A model generated the notes under the pieces. That model was not told the origin of the DNA, searched no databases, and worked only from the letters and a program-made list of their open reading frames with translations. The translations under genes were made by a program, and so were the position numbers. DNA of 60,241 bases, the filler included. It is 6 parts of 6 records of this genome, joined end to end, with 100 filler letters (N's around TTAATTAATTAA, not from the genome) between each part and the next. Parts side by side here need not be neighbours in the genome. Positions count along the whole stretch, not along the records: positions 17,907 to 39,727 come from SRR31156797_5696; 5 more parts are not named here. One strand, given 5' to 3'. Each line of letters begins with the position of its first letter. Position 1 is the stretch's first letter. Of this stretch, positions 19,665-33,633 are shown piece after piece.

Positions 19665-20816
19665 ATGAACGAATTTGACATTGTAGTGATTGGTGGTGGC
19701 ATGGTGGGTGCTGCTGCAGCGATTGGTTTTGCAAAACAGGGTAGAAGAGTCGCTGTTGTTGAAGGCATGAAACCAAAGGAGTTTGAGCCGTCACAGGCAA
19801 TGGATGTCCGAATTTCTGCTATCTCTCAGACCTCAGTCGATCTCCTTTCTTCATTAGGTGCTTGGGAGAGCATTGAACAGATGCGTGTGTGCCCATATCG
19901 TCGCTTAGAAACCTGGGAGCACCCTGAATGCCGTACCCGTTTCTCAGCTGAATCATTGGGGCTTGAACAATTGGGATACATGGTTGAGAACCGAGTGATT
20001 CAACTGGGTTTATGGAACTGTATGTCCCACATCCCGAACATCACTCTATTTTGTCCAGACAAACTGGCAGAAATTCAGTTTGGTGTAAGTAATACCGTGG
20101 TGCTTCAATCTGGCGTTGAATTGATCTGTGATTGGGTGATTGGTGCAGATGGCGCAAATTCACAAGTCAGAGAGAGCGCGAAAATTGGAGTGACTGCATG
20201 GGATTATCGTCAGCACTGTATGTTAATTAATGTAGAGACAGAAAAACCGCAACAAGATATTACTTGGCAGCAATTTTTCCCTTCAGGTCCTCGCTCATTC
20301 TTACCCCTAGGAGGCAATCAGGCTTCTTTGGTGTGGTATGACGCGCCAAAACGTATAAAGCAGCTTAGTATGATGACTCCGGAGCAACTGCGTTTAGAAA
20401 TCTTAAGCCATTTTCCTCAAGAGCTTGGTGACATTAAGGTGTTGCAACAGGGCTCATTCCCATTAACTCGTCGTCATGCGCAGACTTATGTCAGCCACAA
20501 TTGCATTTTAGTGGGGGATTCAGCGCATACCATAAATCCGTTAGCAGGACAGGGTGTAAACTTGGGGTTTAAGGATGTCGCCGTGCTTTTAGAATGTACT
20601 GACTCAGCAGAATCATTGACGCTGGAAGCTTTTCGTCGTTACGAACGTAAAAGACGTCCCGATAACTTGTTAATGCAGACGGGGATGGATTTCTTCTATA
20701 AGACGTTTAGTAATGATATTACGCCGCTGAAATTTGTGCGAAATGCTGCGTTGAAGTTGGCAGAACAAGCTGGAGCAGCAAAAGAGCAAGTGTTGCGCTA
20801 CGCATTGGGTTTGTAG
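19665..20816 (+). CDS. ubiF: FAD-dependent ubiquinone biosynthesis hydroxylase
   Basis: GGGMVG, GADGANS, GDSAHTINPLAGQGVNLG; divergent from miaB. Confidence 0.88.
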   Translation: MNEFDIVVIGGGMVGAAAAIGFAKQGRRVAVVEGMKPKEFEPSQAMDVRISAISQTSVDLLSSLGAWESIEQMRVCPYRRLETWEHPECRTRFSAESLGLEQLGYMVENRVIQLGLWNCMSHIPNITLFCPDKLAEIQFGVSNTVVLQSGVELICDWVIGADGANSQVRESAKIGVTAWDYRQHCMLINVETEKPQQDITWQQFFPSGPRSFLPLGGNQASLVWYDAPKRIKQLSMMTPEQLRLEILSHFPQELGDIKVLQQGSFPLTRRHAQTYVSHNCILVGDSAHTINPLAGQGVNLGFKDVAVLLECTDSAESLTLEAFRRYERKRRPDNLLMQTGMDFFYKTFSNDITPLKFVRNAALKLAEQAGAAKEQVLRYALGL

Positions 20817-20867
20817 CTGACGGGGAACTTGAACCAAATCAGTTGAACGGTCTGGCTTTCCAGAAAC

Positions 20868-20894
20868 AAAAAACGCTGCACAAGGCAGCGTTTT
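20868..20894. terminator. Bidirectional terminator between ubiF and crr
   Basis: AAAACGCTGC-ACAAG-GCAGCGTTTT between convergent genes. Confidence 0.8.
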
Positions 20895-20909
20895 AATTCA
20901 ATTAACTAA

Positions 20910-21419
20910 TTACTTAGTTACTCGAAGAACGGCAGTTTCACCAACAGAAACAGTACCAGAAAGCTTGTTCAGCTCTTTGATCTCGTCCATGTTAGAAATA
21001 ACAACTGGAGTTAGAGTTGACTTAGCTTTTTCTTCTAGAAGAGCTAGATCGAATTCGATGATAGTGTCACCCACTTTCACAGATTGACCTTCTTCAGCGA
21101 TACGCTTGAAGCCTTCGCCTTTTAGCTCAACAGTATCGATACCGAAGTGAACGAATAGTTCAACGCCATCGTCAGACTCGATTGAGAATGCGTGGTTAGT
21201 TTCGAAGATCTTACCAATCGTACCATTTACTGGAGCAACCATTTTGTCGCCCGATGGTTTGATAGCGATACCGTCACCAACGATTTTCTCAGCAAACACG
21301 ACATCTGGCACATCTTCGATGTTTACGATTTCACCAGAAAGTGGTGCGATGATTTCAATTGCACCCGCGTCAGCGCTGTCGTCAGATACTAGCTTTTTCA
21401 GTTTGTCAAACAGACCCAT
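20910..21419 (-). CDS. crr: PTS EIIA-Glc
   Basis: [34 protein letters not shown]. Confidence 0.98.
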   Translation of the reverse strand: MGLFDKLKKLVSDDSADAGAIEIIAPLSGEIVNIEDVPDVVFAEKIVGDGIAIKPSGDKMVAPVNGTIGKIFETNHAFSIESDDGVELFVHFGIDTVELKGEGFKRIAEEGQSVKVGDTIIEFDLALLEEKAKSTLTPVVISNMDEIKELNKLSGTVSVGETAVLRVTK

Positions 21420-21481
21420 TGTGTCATGCTCCTAACGTTTTAATATATTCTGTCGAAGTATAGTATACCAATCGAAAACAA

Positions 21482-21505
21482 TAGACGACTACTTTTAGTC
21501 GTCTA
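21482..21505 (-). terminator. Hairpin between ptsI and crr
   Basis: TAGACGACTA-CTTT-TAGTCGTCTA followed by TTGTTTT on the minus strand. Confidence 0.55.
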
Positions 21506-21524
21506 AATCATTGGTATTCACAGC

Positions 21525-23249
21525 TTATTGTGTTTTTTCTGCGATGAATTTTTCAACGCATGCTTCAATTTCAGCCGCAGTTGGAAGCGAAAGTGCTTCT
21601 TCTGCCATTGCTTTCACTTCTGCGAAGTTTGAATTGCGAACAACTTTCTTCACTTTAGGGATAGAAATACCGCTCATAGAGAACTCATCTAGACCCATAC
21701 CAAGAAGAAGAAGTGTTGCGCGCTCATCACCAGCTAGCTCACCACACATACCAGTCCATTTACCTTCAGCGTGTGACGCGTCGATAACTTGTTTGATAAC
21801 CGTTAGTACAGCTGGAGACAGTGGGTTGTATAGATGAGAGATCATCTCGTTACCACGGTCTACCGCTAGCGTGTACTGAGTTAAATCGTTGGTACCGATA
21901 GAGAAGAATGACACTTCTTTTGCTAGGTGATGTGCAATCGCTGCTGCTGCAGGAGTTTCAACCATTACACCGATTTCGATGTTTTCGTCGAACGCCAGGC
22001 CTTCTTCACGAAGTTCTGCTTTGTACTCTTCGATCGCAGCTTTCAGCTCACGAATTTCTTCAACAGAGATAATCATTGGGAACATGATGCGAAGTTTACC
22101 GTGTGCAGATGCACGTAGAATACCACGTAGCTGGTCACGTAGGATTTCACGACGGTCTAAACTGATACGTACTGCACGCCAGCCTAGGAACGGGTTCATC
22201 TCTTTTGGTAGATCCATGTATGGTAGGTCTTTATCACCACCGATATCCATAGTACGGATAATGACAGCTTGACCTTCCATTGCTTCCGCAACTTCTTTGT
22301 ATGCTTGGTACTGTTCTTCCTCTGTAGGAAGAGCATCACGGTCCATAAATAGGAATTCAGTACGGTACAGACCAACGCCTTCACCACCGTTACGTAGGAT
22401 ACCGTCACAATCTTTTACTGTACCGATGTTGCCGCACACTTCTACACGGTGACCGTCTAGAGTTTCAGCATGTAAATCTTTTAGTTTTGCTAGCTCTTCT
22501 TTTTCAGCAAGGAAAGCTTGTTGAACTTTCTCTGCTTCTTCGAGTTCAGCTGCATTTGGATTAACAATGATCTTGTTGTTAATCGCGTCAAGAATCAGCA
22601 TGTCGCCATTCTTAACTTGTTTTGTGATGTCGTTAGTACCTACAACCGCTGGAAGTTCTAAAGAACGAGCCATGATTGAAGTATGAGAAGTACGACCGCC
22701 GATATCACAAGCGAAACCAAGCACGTAATCTAAGTTGATTTGTGCAGTTTCAGAAGGTGTTAGGTCATAAGCAACTAGGATAACTTGCTCATTGATGTTT
22801 GCTAGAGAAACAACATTGATGCCTAGAGCGTTTTTCACGAAACGAGAACCGATATCACGGATATCTGTTGCGCGTTCTTTTAGGTATTCGTCATCAAGTG
22901 ACTCAAGCGCAGACGCTTGCTCTTCGATAACCGTGTGAATCGCGTTGTCTGCAGACAACTTATCGTTCTTGATGAGTGCTAAAATCTCTTCTTCTAGCTC
23001 TTCATCTTCAAGCAACATGATGTGGCCTTCGAAGATGGCTTCTTTCTCTTCACCAAAAGTTTCAAGCGCTTTTTGCTTGATAACTTCTAACTGAGCAGAA
23101 GCTTTGTTACGAGCATCGTAAAAACGAGCAACTTCAGCTTCAACTTGGTCGTCAGAAATGGTGTTTGTATTTAGGACAATTTCATCTTCTTGAAGTAGTA
23201 GTGCTTTACCGATAGCAATACCTGGAGATGCTAGGATACCTGAAATCAT
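21525..23249 (-). CDS. ptsI: PTS enzyme I
   Basis: [13 protein letters not shown] phospho-His, [23 protein letters not shown]. Confidence 0.98.
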   Translation of the reverse strand: MISGILASPGIAIGKALLLQEDEIVLNTNTISDDQVEAEVARFYDARNKASAQLEVIKQKALETFGEEKEAIFEGHIMLLEDEELEEEILALIKNDKLSADNAIHTVIEEQASALESLDDEYLKERATDIRDIGSRFVKNALGINVVSLANINEQVILVAYDLTPSETAQINLDYVLGFACDIGGRTSHTSIMARSLELPAVVGTNDITKQVKNGDMLILDAINNKIIVNPNAAELEEAEKVQQAFLAEKEELAKLKDLHAETLDGHRVEVCGNIGTVKDCDGILRNGGEGVGLYRTEFLFMDRDALPTEEEQYQAYKEVAEAMEGQAVIIRTMDIGGDKDLPYMDLPKEMNPFLGWRAVRISLDRREILRDQLRGILRASAHGKLRIMFPMIISVEEIRELKAAIEEYKAELREEGLAFDENIEIGVMVETPAAAAIAHHLAKEVSFFSIGTNDLTQYTLAVDRGNEMISHLYNPLSPAVLTVIKQVIDASHAEGKWTGMCGELAGDERATLLLLGMGLDEFSMSGISIPKVKKVVRNSNFAEVKAMAEEALSLPTAAEIEACVEKFIAEKTQ

Positions 23250-23388
23250 AGCCTTACCTTAAATTGGTCAACTGTAAACGGGAGATAAATGGACGCAGGC
23301 GCTAAGTTATATTTAGCTTATTCTTTGAATAATATCCAACAAAGCCACTTCGCATCAGCAAAATGGCTTTGGTTTGGAATAGACCTGA

Positions 23389-23646
23389 TTAGTGAAGTTG
23401 GTCCATTAGTGCAACTAGGTGGTCAACAGCTTGTTGAGCTTGAGGACCTTCAGCAGAGATGCTTACTACAGTACCTTTAACTAGACCTAGTGTTTGAAGC
23501 TTGAATAGGCTTTTTGCACTAGCACTTTTACCGTTAGAAGTCACAGTGATATCTGCGTCAAAAGCTTTTGCTTCTTTAACAAATTGTGCAGCTGGACGAG
23601 TGTGAAGACCATTTTCTGCAGTGATTTCTACTTTCTTCTCGTACAT
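23389..23646 (-). CDS. ptsH: Phosphocarrier HPr (85 aa, start MYEKK)
   Basis: [20 protein letters not shown]. Confidence 0.98.
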   Translation of the reverse strand: MYEKKVEITAENGLHTRPAAQFVKEAKAFDADITVTSNGKSASAKSLFKLQTLGLVKGTVVSISAEGPQAQQAVDHLVALMDQLH

Positions 23647-23829
23647 GTGATATACCCCAATTAAATTATTTTTTGTAAGTTTATTAACCAGTTTTAGCTT
23701 AAACGTAGAACGCAAATTCTGCTAGCAGAGTAACGCTCTTTTCGTGTTAGAACTGATACTGATCTAATTTTTTCAATCGTATCCCTAGTGAGTAGGGGGT
23801 TACCATTGAGTAATAAATTTTATTGCTTG

Positions 23830-23852
23830 TTTATTTTGAAGCTAAAAATAAA
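23830..23852. promoter_or_regulatory. Mlc/NagC-type operator upstream of ptsH
   Basis: 23-bp TTTATTTT-GAAGCTA-AAAATAAA; ptsHI-crr is an Mlc target in E. coli. Confidence 0.55.
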
Positions 23853-23889
23853 ACACCGTGATATTACCAAAGGTGAGGCAAGGATCAAC

Positions 23890-23916
23890 AAAAAAGCCCC
23901 TCTAAGGGGCTTTTTT
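23890..23916 (-). terminator. cysK terminator
   Basis: AAAAAAGCCCCT-CTA-AGGGGCTTTTTT. Confidence 0.85.
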
Positions 23917-23942
23917 AAACGAAAATTTGATTTCACCACATA

Positions 23943-24911
23943 TTACTGCTGGTTTTCTTTCTCTGTGAAAATGCCCGCAAATAGTGCTGTGCTTAGGTAA
24001 CGCTCACCTGAACTTGGTAGGATAGTAACGATAGTTTTTCCTTCAAATTCAGGGAGTTCAGCTAGGCGGTTCGCGGCAACAACAGCGGCACCAGAAGAGA
24101 TACCTGCAAGGATACCTTCCTCTTCCATTAGGCGTTTTGCCATTTCAATCGCTTCTTCAGAAGTTACGGTCTCAACACGGTCAATGAGCTCTAAATCCAG
24201 GTTGCCAGGGATGAAACCTGCACCGATACCTTGGATTTTATGTGGAGCTGGTTGAATATCATCGCCTGCAAGAGCTTGGGTGATAACTGGAGATTCTGCT
24301 GGCTCAACTGCAACTGATGTAATAGCTTTGCCTTTTTCACCTTTAATGTAACGGCTTGTACCTGTTAGCGTACCACCTGTACCAACACCGGCTACGAAAA
24401 CGTCTACAGCGCCATCAGTTGCTTCCCAAATTTCAGGACCTGTTGTCTTTTCGTGGATTTGTGGGTTAGCAGGGTTGTTGAACTGTTGTAGAAGCAGATA
24501 TTTTTCAGGGTTGCTTGCAACAATTTCTTCAGCTTTAGCGATAGCACCTTTCATGCCTTTAGCCGCTTCAGTTAACTCAAGGTTTGCACCTAGAGCTTTA
24601 AGAAGCTTACGACGCTCAAGGCTCATTGATTCAGGCATAGTCAGAGTTAGCTTATAACCACGAGCTGCGGCAACGAACGCAAGAGCAATACCAGTGTTAC
24701 CACTTGTTGGTTCTACAAGTTCAACGCCAGGCTTAAGAATACCTTGTTTCTCTGCTTCCCAAATCATGTTTGCGCCAATACGGCACTTAACACTGAAGCT
24801 TGGGTTGCGAGATTCGATTTTCGCAAGAACTTTACCTTTGCTGACTTTGTTTAAACGTACTAGCGGTGTGTTACCAATAGTTAGAGAATTGTCTTCGTAG
24901 ATTTTGCTCAT
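23943..24911 (-). CDS. cysK: Cysteine synthase A
   Basis: [14 protein letters not shown]-Lys, [25 protein letters not shown]. Confidence 0.98.
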   Translation of the reverse strand: MSKIYEDNSLTIGNTPLVRLNKVSKGKVLAKIESRNPSFSVKCRIGANMIWEAEKQGILKPGVELVEPTSGNTGIALAFVAAARGYKLTLTMPESMSLERRKLLKALGANLELTEAAKGMKGAIAKAEEIVASNPEKYLLLQQFNNPANPQIHEKTTGPEIWEATDGAVDVFVAGVGTGGTLTGTSRYIKGEKGKAITSVAVEPAESPVITQALAGDDIQPAPHKIQGIGAGFIPGNLDLELIDRVETVTSEEAIEMAKRLMEEEGILAGISSGAAVVAANRLAELPEFEGKTIVTILPSSGERYLSTALFAGIFTEKENQQ

Positions 24912-25081
24912 TGTTATATTCCTTCATTTCGCAAGTTTTGGTATCAATCAGTAGATACTTTAGCGGATACCAAAAGAGCATATGTGTTCAATATAAAAGG
25001 TAAAAGGATTAAAAAGTTATATCTTATAGAGAGAACTATCCTTTAATCCGTTTAACTTACTAATTTTTCAGTGTTGTTCGG

Positions 25082-25825
25082 TTAACTCTTGAAATCACGC
25101 TTAAACTCATTCACCCACATCGCCGTGGCTCCACAAACAGCTACAGGCATTACGATAAGGTTAATAATAGGTATCGTGGTGAGAAATGCGACCAGCAGAC
25201 CAAAGCCATAAGCTTTGCCTTGTTTTTGTTTCAAACTGTTACGCATATCGTGGAAAGAGACTTTATGATTATCAAAAGGGTAATCACAGTACTGGATAGC
25301 TAACATCCAGGCGGTAAAAATAAACCAAGCGAACGGTGCGATGGTTTGACCAAACGCAGGGATGAGAAGGAGCAAAAATAATCCAATGGCTTTAGGTAAT
25401 ACATAAAGCAGCTTACGCCACTCTCTCGCCATGATTCGTGGTACATCTTTAACAAAATCCATTGCGCCTTCATCATTGATTTTCTCACCAATGAGTTTTT
25501 GTTCGACTTTTTCTGCTAGTAAGCCATTAAATGGTGCTGCAATAAAATTTGCTAAGGTACTAAAAAAATATGAGAAGGTTGCCAGTATGGTAAGAACCAA
25601 AAGCGGCCATAAAAGATAACTCAGCCAAGATAGAAAGCTCGGGATATAGCCCATCCAACTATTAATCCACTGATCTAGATGAATAAACAGATAGTACAGA
25701 GCGCCGCCGACCAACAAAATATTGGCCAATAGCGGTAAAATTACAAAGCGTCTAATTCCAGGTGATACTGCCAGTTCAAATCCGTAAAAGAAGTAACCAA
25801 AGCCTGAGCGCTGTTTTAATTGCAT
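25082..25825 (-). CDS. cysZ: Sulfate transporter CysZ
   Basis: [24 protein letters not shown]; between cysK and zipA. Confidence 0.95.
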   Translation of the reverse strand: MQLKQRSGFGYFFYGFELAVSPGIRRFVILPLLANILLVGGALYYLFIHLDQWINSWMGYIPSFLSWLSYLLWPLLVLTILATFSYFFSTLANFIAAPFNGLLAEKVEQKLIGEKINDEGAMDFVKDVPRIMAREWRKLLYVLPKAIGLFLLLLIPAFGQTIAPFAWFIFTAWMLAIQYCDYPFDNHKVSFHDMRNSLKQKQGKAYGFGLLVAFLTTIPIINLIVMPVAVCGATAMWVNEFKRDFKS

Positions 25826-26064
25826 AGCTTGTTCCGTGTCTTAGTTGAGTGCCGTAAGAATGAGCGTTCTATTGTAACGAAGCAAAATCATAATGAAAGA
25901 ATGCGAAAAATCACATTGTTATCCCAACTTATAACATTAAGTTGTTCTAAATTGGGGGGGAGTTTTGGTAGAGTATCCAGATATAACTAATTTTGCCTCT
26001 GGTTGACGTTCTTCGAAAGCGTGAAATTCAGAACATCAAAAATCGAGAAGCCGAGAGTTTAAAG

Positions 26065-26949
26065 ATGCAGGAATTGCGATTCGTACTCATTATTGTTGGC
26101 GCGCTAGCGATAGCCGCTTTGTTGTTCCATGGTCTGTGGACCAGTAAAAAAGAAGGGAAGTCGAAGTTCGGTGATAAACCGCTCGGTAAAATAGATGTTA
26201 GTGATGAGGATGAATTAACTTCTCCTCGTGCTTTCGCTCCGGAAGACGACTACGAGATTATTCGTAAGGATCGTAAAGAGCCTGACTTCGGCTTATCAGA
26301 GCCTGCCACTGAAGCTATTGACCCTCTGATTTCGGGTTATGATCAGGAGCCTGAGAAAGAGACGAAAACTCAGCCAGATTTGTCAAAAACGATCGACGAA
26401 CTGGAACTTGAAGACGTGCCATCAATGGTGGTTGAAAAAGAAACCGATGATGTCGAAGTCACTCAAACACAAATTTCTGAGCCAGTGGCTGAGAGCTCGG
26501 AAGCGAAGGAACCGGAATCGGAAGAGCTGGACGTTATCGTGCTGAATGTTCATTGCGCGGGTAATGAACCGTTTGTTGGCACTAAGCTGTTTGACAGCAT
26601 GCAGCAGAATGGCTTGCTGTACGGTGAAATGGATATCTTCCACCGTCATGCAGATTTGTCGGGAACAGGTAAAGTTCTGTTTAGTGTGGCAAATATGATG
26701 CTACCAGGAACGTTAAAACACGATGACCCTGCTGAGTTTACCACCAAAGGTATTTCGTTCTTCATGACGTTGCCGTGTTTCGGTGATCCAGCACAGAACT
26801 TCAAGTTGATGCTGAAAACAGCACAGCAAATAGCCGATGATTTGGGGGGGAATGTCCTCGATGATAGTCGAAACATGGTGACTCCAGATCGTTTAGATGC
26901 TTATAGAAAGAAAATTCAAGATTTTAAAGTGAGAGTGGCTCACTCTTAA
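26065..26949 (+). CDS. zipA: Cell division protein ZipA (start ATG 26065)
   Basis: [12 protein letters not shown]...HGLWTS, acidic linker, [16 protein letters not shown]. Confidence 0.96.
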   Translation: MQELRFVLIIVGALAIAALLFHGLWTSKKEGKSKFGDKPLGKIDVSDEDELTSPRAFAPEDDYEIIRKDRKEPDFGLSEPATEAIDPLISGYDQEPEKETKTQPDLSKTIDELELEDVPSMVVEKETDDVEVTQTQISEPVAESSEAKEPESEELDVIVLNVHCAGNEPFVGTKLFDSMQQNGLLYGEMDIFHRHADLSGTGKVLFSVANMMLPGTLKHDDPAEFTTKGISFFMTLPCFGDPAQNFKLMLKTAQQIADDLGGNVLDDSRNMVTPDRLDAYRKKIQDFKVRVAHS

Positions 26950-26965
26950 TATTACGCTAGTAAGT

Positions 26966-26991
26966 AAAGGCTCCGAGTCGGGGCCTTTTTT
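26966..26991 (+). terminator. Terminator-like hairpin between zipA and ligA
   Basis: AAAGGCTCCG-AGT-CGGGGCCTTTTTT. Confidence 0.65.
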
Positions 26992-27012
26992 CATGTTTCG
27001 AGAGAAAAATAA

Positions 27013-29022
<2,010 letters not shown>

Positions 29023-29051
29023 CCTTGTTTAATTATTCGCTTTTAGTCTTT

Positions 29052-29083
29052 AAACCCCAATGGATATTGATCTATTGGGGTTT
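29052..29083 (+). terminator. ligA terminator
   Basis: AAACCCCAATGGAT...ATCTATTGGGGTTT plus T-rich tail. Confidence 0.7.
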
Positions 29084-29180
29084 ATTTTTATTAGTAAAAT
29101 AACTGGTAATAATTATTTAATATTGCCTCAAATATTCGTTTTAGATTTATTTTAATCGGATTATTCCTAAAGTTCACTTA

Positions 29181-29196
29181 TGAGACTTGTCTCACC
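29181..29196. promoter_or_regulatory. CRP-like site 1 upstream of the porin
   Basis: TGAGA-CTTGTC-TCACC versus TGTGA-N6-TCACA. Confidence 0.55.
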
Positions 29197-29273
29197 TTGC
29201 TAGTGTTCTGTTTAGTGTTAACTATATGAAATTTATGAATTAATATAATTGTTACTAATTTTTTAATTGGGAG

Positions 29274-29289
29274 TGAGATCTCGATCACT
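29274..29289. promoter_or_regulatory. CRP-like site 2 upstream of the porin
   Basis: TGAGA-TCTCGA-TCACT. Confidence 0.55.
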
Positions 29290-29514
29290 TACTTGACTAA
29301 AGTTTGCTCGAGTTCATATTTTTTGATTCAAAAATTAAGTTCTGATTGATGTTTCACTCAGCAAAGTTAGTCTAAAGCCATGGATACACTCTGTGTGTAT
29401 GCAGAACTAAAATAGAAACTAGTTCTTTTTTAGTTCAATTAAAGTGCTCTCTTCGGCGGCCAACTTAAGAGACACAAAACAAACAGCTATGTCTATTTTT
29501 TTAGGAGTTTTTCC

Positions 29515-30579
29515 ATGGAAAAAGTATTTAAGCGCACTCTTGTAGGTGCTGCAGTCGCTATGGTTTCTACTGGCGCATTCGCTGCTGATGAAACTGGTCA
29601 AATCGGCGTACTATCTGATTTCAACGTTCAAGCATACGGTGTTGCTGCAATTTCTGCGTTCTACCAGGAAGGCGGTACTGGTTACGATTACGAAAACGAA
29701 TCGCGTATTGGTTTCCGTGCTAGCAAAGATATGTTTGACAACGTAAACGTATTCATGCAAATCGAATCAGGCTATGTAGGTGAAGACGGTACAGGTTCAA
29801 CATTAGGTGCTCGTGACACATTTTTAGGTTTGCAAGGCGACTGGGGTAAAATCCGTTTTGGTCGTATGCTGACTCCACTATACGAGATTGTTGACTGGCC
29901 TTACTCTAACCCAGGTCTAGGTCGTGTATTTGACTGGGGCGGTGATGTTAAAGCTCACTATGACCGTAAAGGTGATATTGCTCGTTACGACTCTCCAGCG
30001 CTTGGCGGTTTTACATTTAATCTATCTGCTGGTCGCGGCGATAAAGGTGTCGATGGTTCAAATCACTTTGGTGCAGGTGTTCACTACAACGTAGCGGATA
30101 TTGTTACTCTACATGGTGGTTATGAGTCAAACTCAAAATATGGCGGTAGTGGTATTGATTCAAATGCGTACATCGTGGGCTTCGAACTTCCGTTGCCAGC
30201 TGGCTTCGGCTTAGCGGGTGCATATAAGTACAACGAAGGTGAATCTAAACACAACGGTAAAGCAGTAACGGAAGATGGAGCTCATGGTGCGGTTGATTAC
30301 TCTGGTCAAGAAGCAAAACAAGGTCAGTACTCAATTATTGCTCAATACTGGAACGGTCCTTGGGGCGTAAAAGTTGGTTATGCATTCAACGAAGAGTCAG
30401 AAGTTAACGGCGTGAAACTTAATGATGATGAGTCAGTTGTTTCTGGTCAGTTGATGTATGTTAAAAACGGCTTTGTACCATATATCCGTGTAGGTTCTCA
30501 CAATGCATATAACGACGGTACTGCAGCTAAAGATAGTGACAAAATGTTCGCACGTATCGGTCTAGAGTATGGCTTCTAG
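29515..30579 (+). CDS. chiP: Chitoporin-family outer membrane porin
   Basis: Signal peptide; NESRIGFR, LGARDTF, LTPLYEIVDWPYSNPGLG motifs match Vibrio ChiP as recalled; terminal Phe; follows ligA as in V. cholerae. Confidence 0.8.
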   Translation: MEKVFKRTLVGAAVAMVSTGAFAADETGQIGVLSDFNVQAYGVAAISAFYQEGGTGYDYENESRIGFRASKDMFDNVNVFMQIESGYVGEDGTGSTLGARDTFLGLQGDWGKIRFGRMLTPLYEIVDWPYSNPGLGRVFDWGGDVKAHYDRKGDIARYDSPALGGFTFNLSAGRGDKGVDGSNHFGAGVHYNVADIVTLHGGYESNSKYGGSGIDSNAYIVGFELPLPAGFGLAGAYKYNEGESKHNGKAVTEDGAHGAVDYSGQEAKQGQYSIIAQYWNGPWGVKVGYAFNEESEVNGVKLNDDESVVSGQLMYVKNGFVPYIRVGSHNAYNDGTAAKDSDKMFARIGLEYGF

Positions 30580-30605
30580 TCGTATCTAATTACCTTTCTT
30601 AATAT

Positions 30606-30631
30606 AAACGCCGGCCTAGTGCCGGTGTTTT
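30606..30631 (+). terminator. Porin terminator
   Basis: AAACGCCGGC-CTAGT-GCCGGTGTTTT. Confidence 0.75.
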
Positions 30632-30655
30632 CGCTATCTCTCAAGGACAATTATT

Positions 30656-31477
30656 ATGAGAAAAAATAGAACTTTGTTATTGGTATCCTCCATTATGGTG
30701 GTCAGTGGGTGTAGTACATTAGACAGTTCTAGCACATTTGAAGATGTTGCGAGTTCGGTAAAGGAAAGGCATAACTATGTTCAAGTGGTAGCTAAAGAGA
30801 TAACACCGGATGCTGACGCAAAAGTGGGTTCGGATGTGGTTAAGTCATCACTGTTTTATGTTGGTAATTATCCAAAGAGTAACGAGACTCAAGTCCATAG
30901 TTCATATATTGATATGAATGTGACCTCATTTAAAAGTTATGACAATTTTTCTAATGTCACTATTAACGATAAAAAAATCGATATAAAAGAATATCGTCCA
31001 CAAGCGGAAACTTGTACCGAGCATTGCACTGTCACGCAGTGGTTCCAGTTCCCCCTGAGTAATGAAACAATTTCGTCTGTTGGTAGCGATACTGTTACAT
31101 TTACTCTATCTTCGAAAACCGATAGAAATGTCGTCGAATTCTCATTGCCAAAAGCTTATTTTGATGCGGTCAAAAAAGAAGCCGAGTACGTAATGAGTAA
31201 GCAACCTCAAATGTCAGCACCAGCAACGGTACAAACTGAAACTTTACCTATGAAACTTAATGGCAGTAAGTCACAAGACATGGTTCAGTATTGGTTTGGT
31301 GAAGCGACTGATGCAGAGCAGCAGCAGTTTGCTGATTGGGCATTTAGCCAAAGAACATCTGTAACAGATATGATTAAAACCGAAAGTAAGCCTGTTGAAA
31401 TGATGGCTTACTGGTACGACAAAGCAGATAAAACTGAGAAATCAAATATCTTGTCTTGGTTACTACGTCAAGAGTAG
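30656..31477 (+). CDS. Hypothetical lipoprotein
   Basis: Lipobox VSGC; CTEHC pair; two similar C-terminal helical units (SQDMVQYWF / PVEMMAYWY). Confidence 0.8.
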   Translation: MRKNRTLLLVSSIMVVSGCSTLDSSSTFEDVASSVKERHNYVQVVAKEITPDADAKVGSDVVKSSLFYVGNYPKSNETQVHSSYIDMNVTSFKSYDNFSNVTINDKKIDIKEYRPQAETCTEHCTVTQWFQFPLSNETISSVGSDTVTFTLSSKTDRNVVEFSLPKAYFDAVKKEAEYVMSKQPQMSAPATVQTETLPMKLNGSKSQDMVQYWFGEATDAEQQQFADWAFSQRTSVTDMIKTESKPVEMMAYWYDKADKTEKSNILSWLLRQE

Positions 31478-31547
31478 CAATAGTTTACTTTGTTTAAGCA
31501 CATGGTTAGTCTTTAATCATGTGCTTAATTGGTTGTTATAAACAGAT

Positions 31548-31952
31548 ATGAATATTAGTGACGTTGCTAAGAAAACAGGTTTAACCGCTAAATCGATTCG
31601 TTTGTATGAAGATAAAGGACTGATCACGGCCCCTCATCGTTTAGCAAACGGCTATCGAGACTATGATGAACAGCATATTGAAGATTTGTTGCTGATAGCG
31701 CGTTGCAAGCGAGTTGGCTTTAGTTTGGATGAATGCAAGGCAATGCTGACGCTAGCTAATGATCCGTCAAGAAGTAGTTTTGCCGTCAAAGAAAAAGCGC
31801 AAATTAAACTCGCCAGTGTTGAACAGAAATTAAAAGAGCTCACCTCCATCAAAAAACAGTTAAAAGCTTGGATTGAAGAGTGCCCAGGTGATGAAGGAAG
31901 TGATTGCCCGATTATTGATGATTTGAAAGGCGGTTGTTGTAAGTCTTCTTAA
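31548..31952 (+). CDS. cueR: Cu(I)-responsive MerR regulator
   Basis: MNISDVAKKTGL HTH; CPGDEGSDCPII metal loop; CC tail. Confidence 0.95.
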   Translation: MNISDVAKKTGLTAKSIRLYEDKGLITAPHRLANGYRDYDEQHIEDLLLIARCKRVGFSLDECKAMLTLANDPSRSSFAVKEKAQIKLASVEQKLKELTSIKKQLKAWIEECPGDEGSDCPIIDDLKGGCCKSS

Positions 31953-31985
31953 CACTGAGATTTTTAGAACCCAACTTATCCATTG

Positions 31986-32021
31986 AAAAGGCCAGAAGAG
32001 AACATATCTTCTGGCCTTTTT
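31986..32021. terminator. Bidirectional terminator between cueR and nfeD
   Basis: AAAAGGCCAGAAGA...TCTTCTGGCCTTTT. Confidence 0.85.
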
Positions 32022-32038
32022 GTTTTTGTCCTGACTTG

Positions 32039-32500
32039 CTACGGAGTTTTGTCCACAGGTTTGACTTTAATCACGATTCCATCGACGTCTACGATAACCA
32101 CTCTTGTGCCTGCTTTTAAAGGTTGATCACTTTCAGCTGTCCAGGTGGTATCGCCTAAACTTAAGCGAAACTGGCCGCCATCAACGTCTTGCTCAGCAAC
32201 GGATGTTTTGCCAATAAGCTGCTTTTCTTTCTGGTTTAGCTGGCGGTGAGCATCGTCTTGTTGGTCATTGGATAACTGTTTTCTCCACCATAACCAGGTG
32301 GTGACAAGAGAGATACTTGCAAATGAAATCCACTGTAACTGCCAACTGATCGGTAGGAACATCACTATAACGCCAACGACAATGGCTGAAAGGCCTAACC
32401 ACAAAAAGTAGCCCGCCGTCCCGAGTATTTCCACGGCCAGTAAGCAAAGACCAAAAGCAAGCCAGTGCCAGTGGTTTATTTCTGAAATCCAATCAATCAA
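32039..32500 (-). CDS. NfeD-family protein (YbbJ-like)
   Basis: TM N-terminus, GDTTWTA OB-fold; 4-nt overlap with the SPFH gene. Confidence 0.9.
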   Translation of the reverse strand: MIDWISEINHWHWLAFGLCLLAVEILGTAGYFLWLGLSAIVVGVIVMFLPISWQLQWISFASISLVTTWLWWRKQLSNDQQDDAHRQLNQKEKQLIGKTSVAEQDVDGGQFRLSLGDTTWTAESDQPLKAGTRVVIVDVDGIVIKVKPVDKTP

Positions 32501-33426
32501 GAGTCAGCCTTTTTGTCAGTTGAGTGCTTAAACATTTCTGCAATACCAGCGACAGAGCCCATTAAGCCGGAAGCTTCCAGTGGTAGCATAATAATTTTTC
32601 CATTTTCCGCTTGGCCAATGCTTTTCAGTGCGTCGGTATAGCCTTGAGCGATAAAGTAGTTTACTGCTTGCATGTCTCCCTGAGCTATCGCTTGAGATAC
32701 CATAGTTGTCGCTTTAGCTTCTGCTTCAGCGGCGCGTTCACGCGCTTCTGCTTGAAGTATCGCTGCTTGCTTTTCACCTTCAGCTTTTAAAATGTCAGAT
32801 TGTTTTTGACCTTCAGCTTTTAAAATCTCAGCTTGACGAACACCTTCAGCCTCAAGTATTGACGCGCGTTTCATCCGCTCTGCTTTCATCTGCGCGTTCA
32901 TCGCTTCAGTCAGGTCTGTAGGCGGTTGAACATCTTTGATTTCGATACGGGTAACTTTTACGCCCCAAGGGTTCGTCGCCTGATCGACTATGGACAGCAA
33001 CTTTGTATTGATCATATCTCGCTGACTAAGCATTTCGTCTAGTTCTAATGACCCTAAAACCGTACGCATATTGGTTAGAGTCAGGTTGCGAATCGCATTT
33101 TCAAGGTCATTGACTTCATAGGCTGCTTTGGCGGCATCGATAACTTGAACAAAACAAACCGCGTCAATAACAACATTCGCGTTATCTTTACTGATAACCT
33201 CTTGAGCGGGAATGTCGAGCACTCGCTCCATCATGTTGATACGCTTACCCACGCGATCAATAAATGGGATGATGATATTTAGCCCGGGCTTTAAGCTATG
33301 GGTATAGCGGCCAAACCGCTCAACTGTCCAGTTGTTTCCTTGTGGGACAGTTTTTACCGCAGAAAAGATAAACACGACGGCAAGGAAAACAAAAACGCCA
33401 ATCGCAATCAGAGAATCAAGCTCCAT
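32497..33426 (-). CDS. qmcA: SPFH/band-7 protein
   Basis: [36 protein letters not shown]. Confidence 0.92.
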   Translation of the reverse strand: MELDSLIAIGVFVFLAVVFIFSAVKTVPQGNNWTVERFGRYTHSLKPGLNIIIPFIDRVGKRINMMERVLDIPAQEVISKDNANVVIDAVCFVQVIDAAKAAYEVNDLENAIRNLTLTNMRTVLGSLELDEMLSQRDMINTKLLSIVDQATNPWGVKVTRIEIKDVQPPTDLTEAMNAQMKAERMKRASILEAEGVRQAEILKAEGQKQSDILKAEGEKQAAILQAEARERAAEAEAKATTMVSQAIAQGDMQAVNYFIAQGYTDALKSIGQAENGKIIMLPLEASGLMGSVAGIAEMFKHSTDKKADS

Positions 33427-33577
33427 AATATGTCCTTTCGTAAACGATTAATGCTAGTGAGCAGATCACTAGAGAAGTCTGATAATAAACCTCAGAAACA
33501 GAAACTAAGCAGTCAGTCTGTAGTATAGATAATGTTTGAACAATGATTAGGCGTTTGTTTTGGAGATAAGTTCCGAA

Positions 33578-33605
33578 AAATAGGCAGGTTTAATTACCTG
33601 CCTAT
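33578..33605 (-). terminator. ybbN terminator
   Basis: ATAGGCAGGT...ACCTGCCTAT with a T-tail on the minus strand. Confidence 0.7.
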
Positions 33606-33633
33606 AGATACGGGGTGACTAAAAGGGGGAGCT

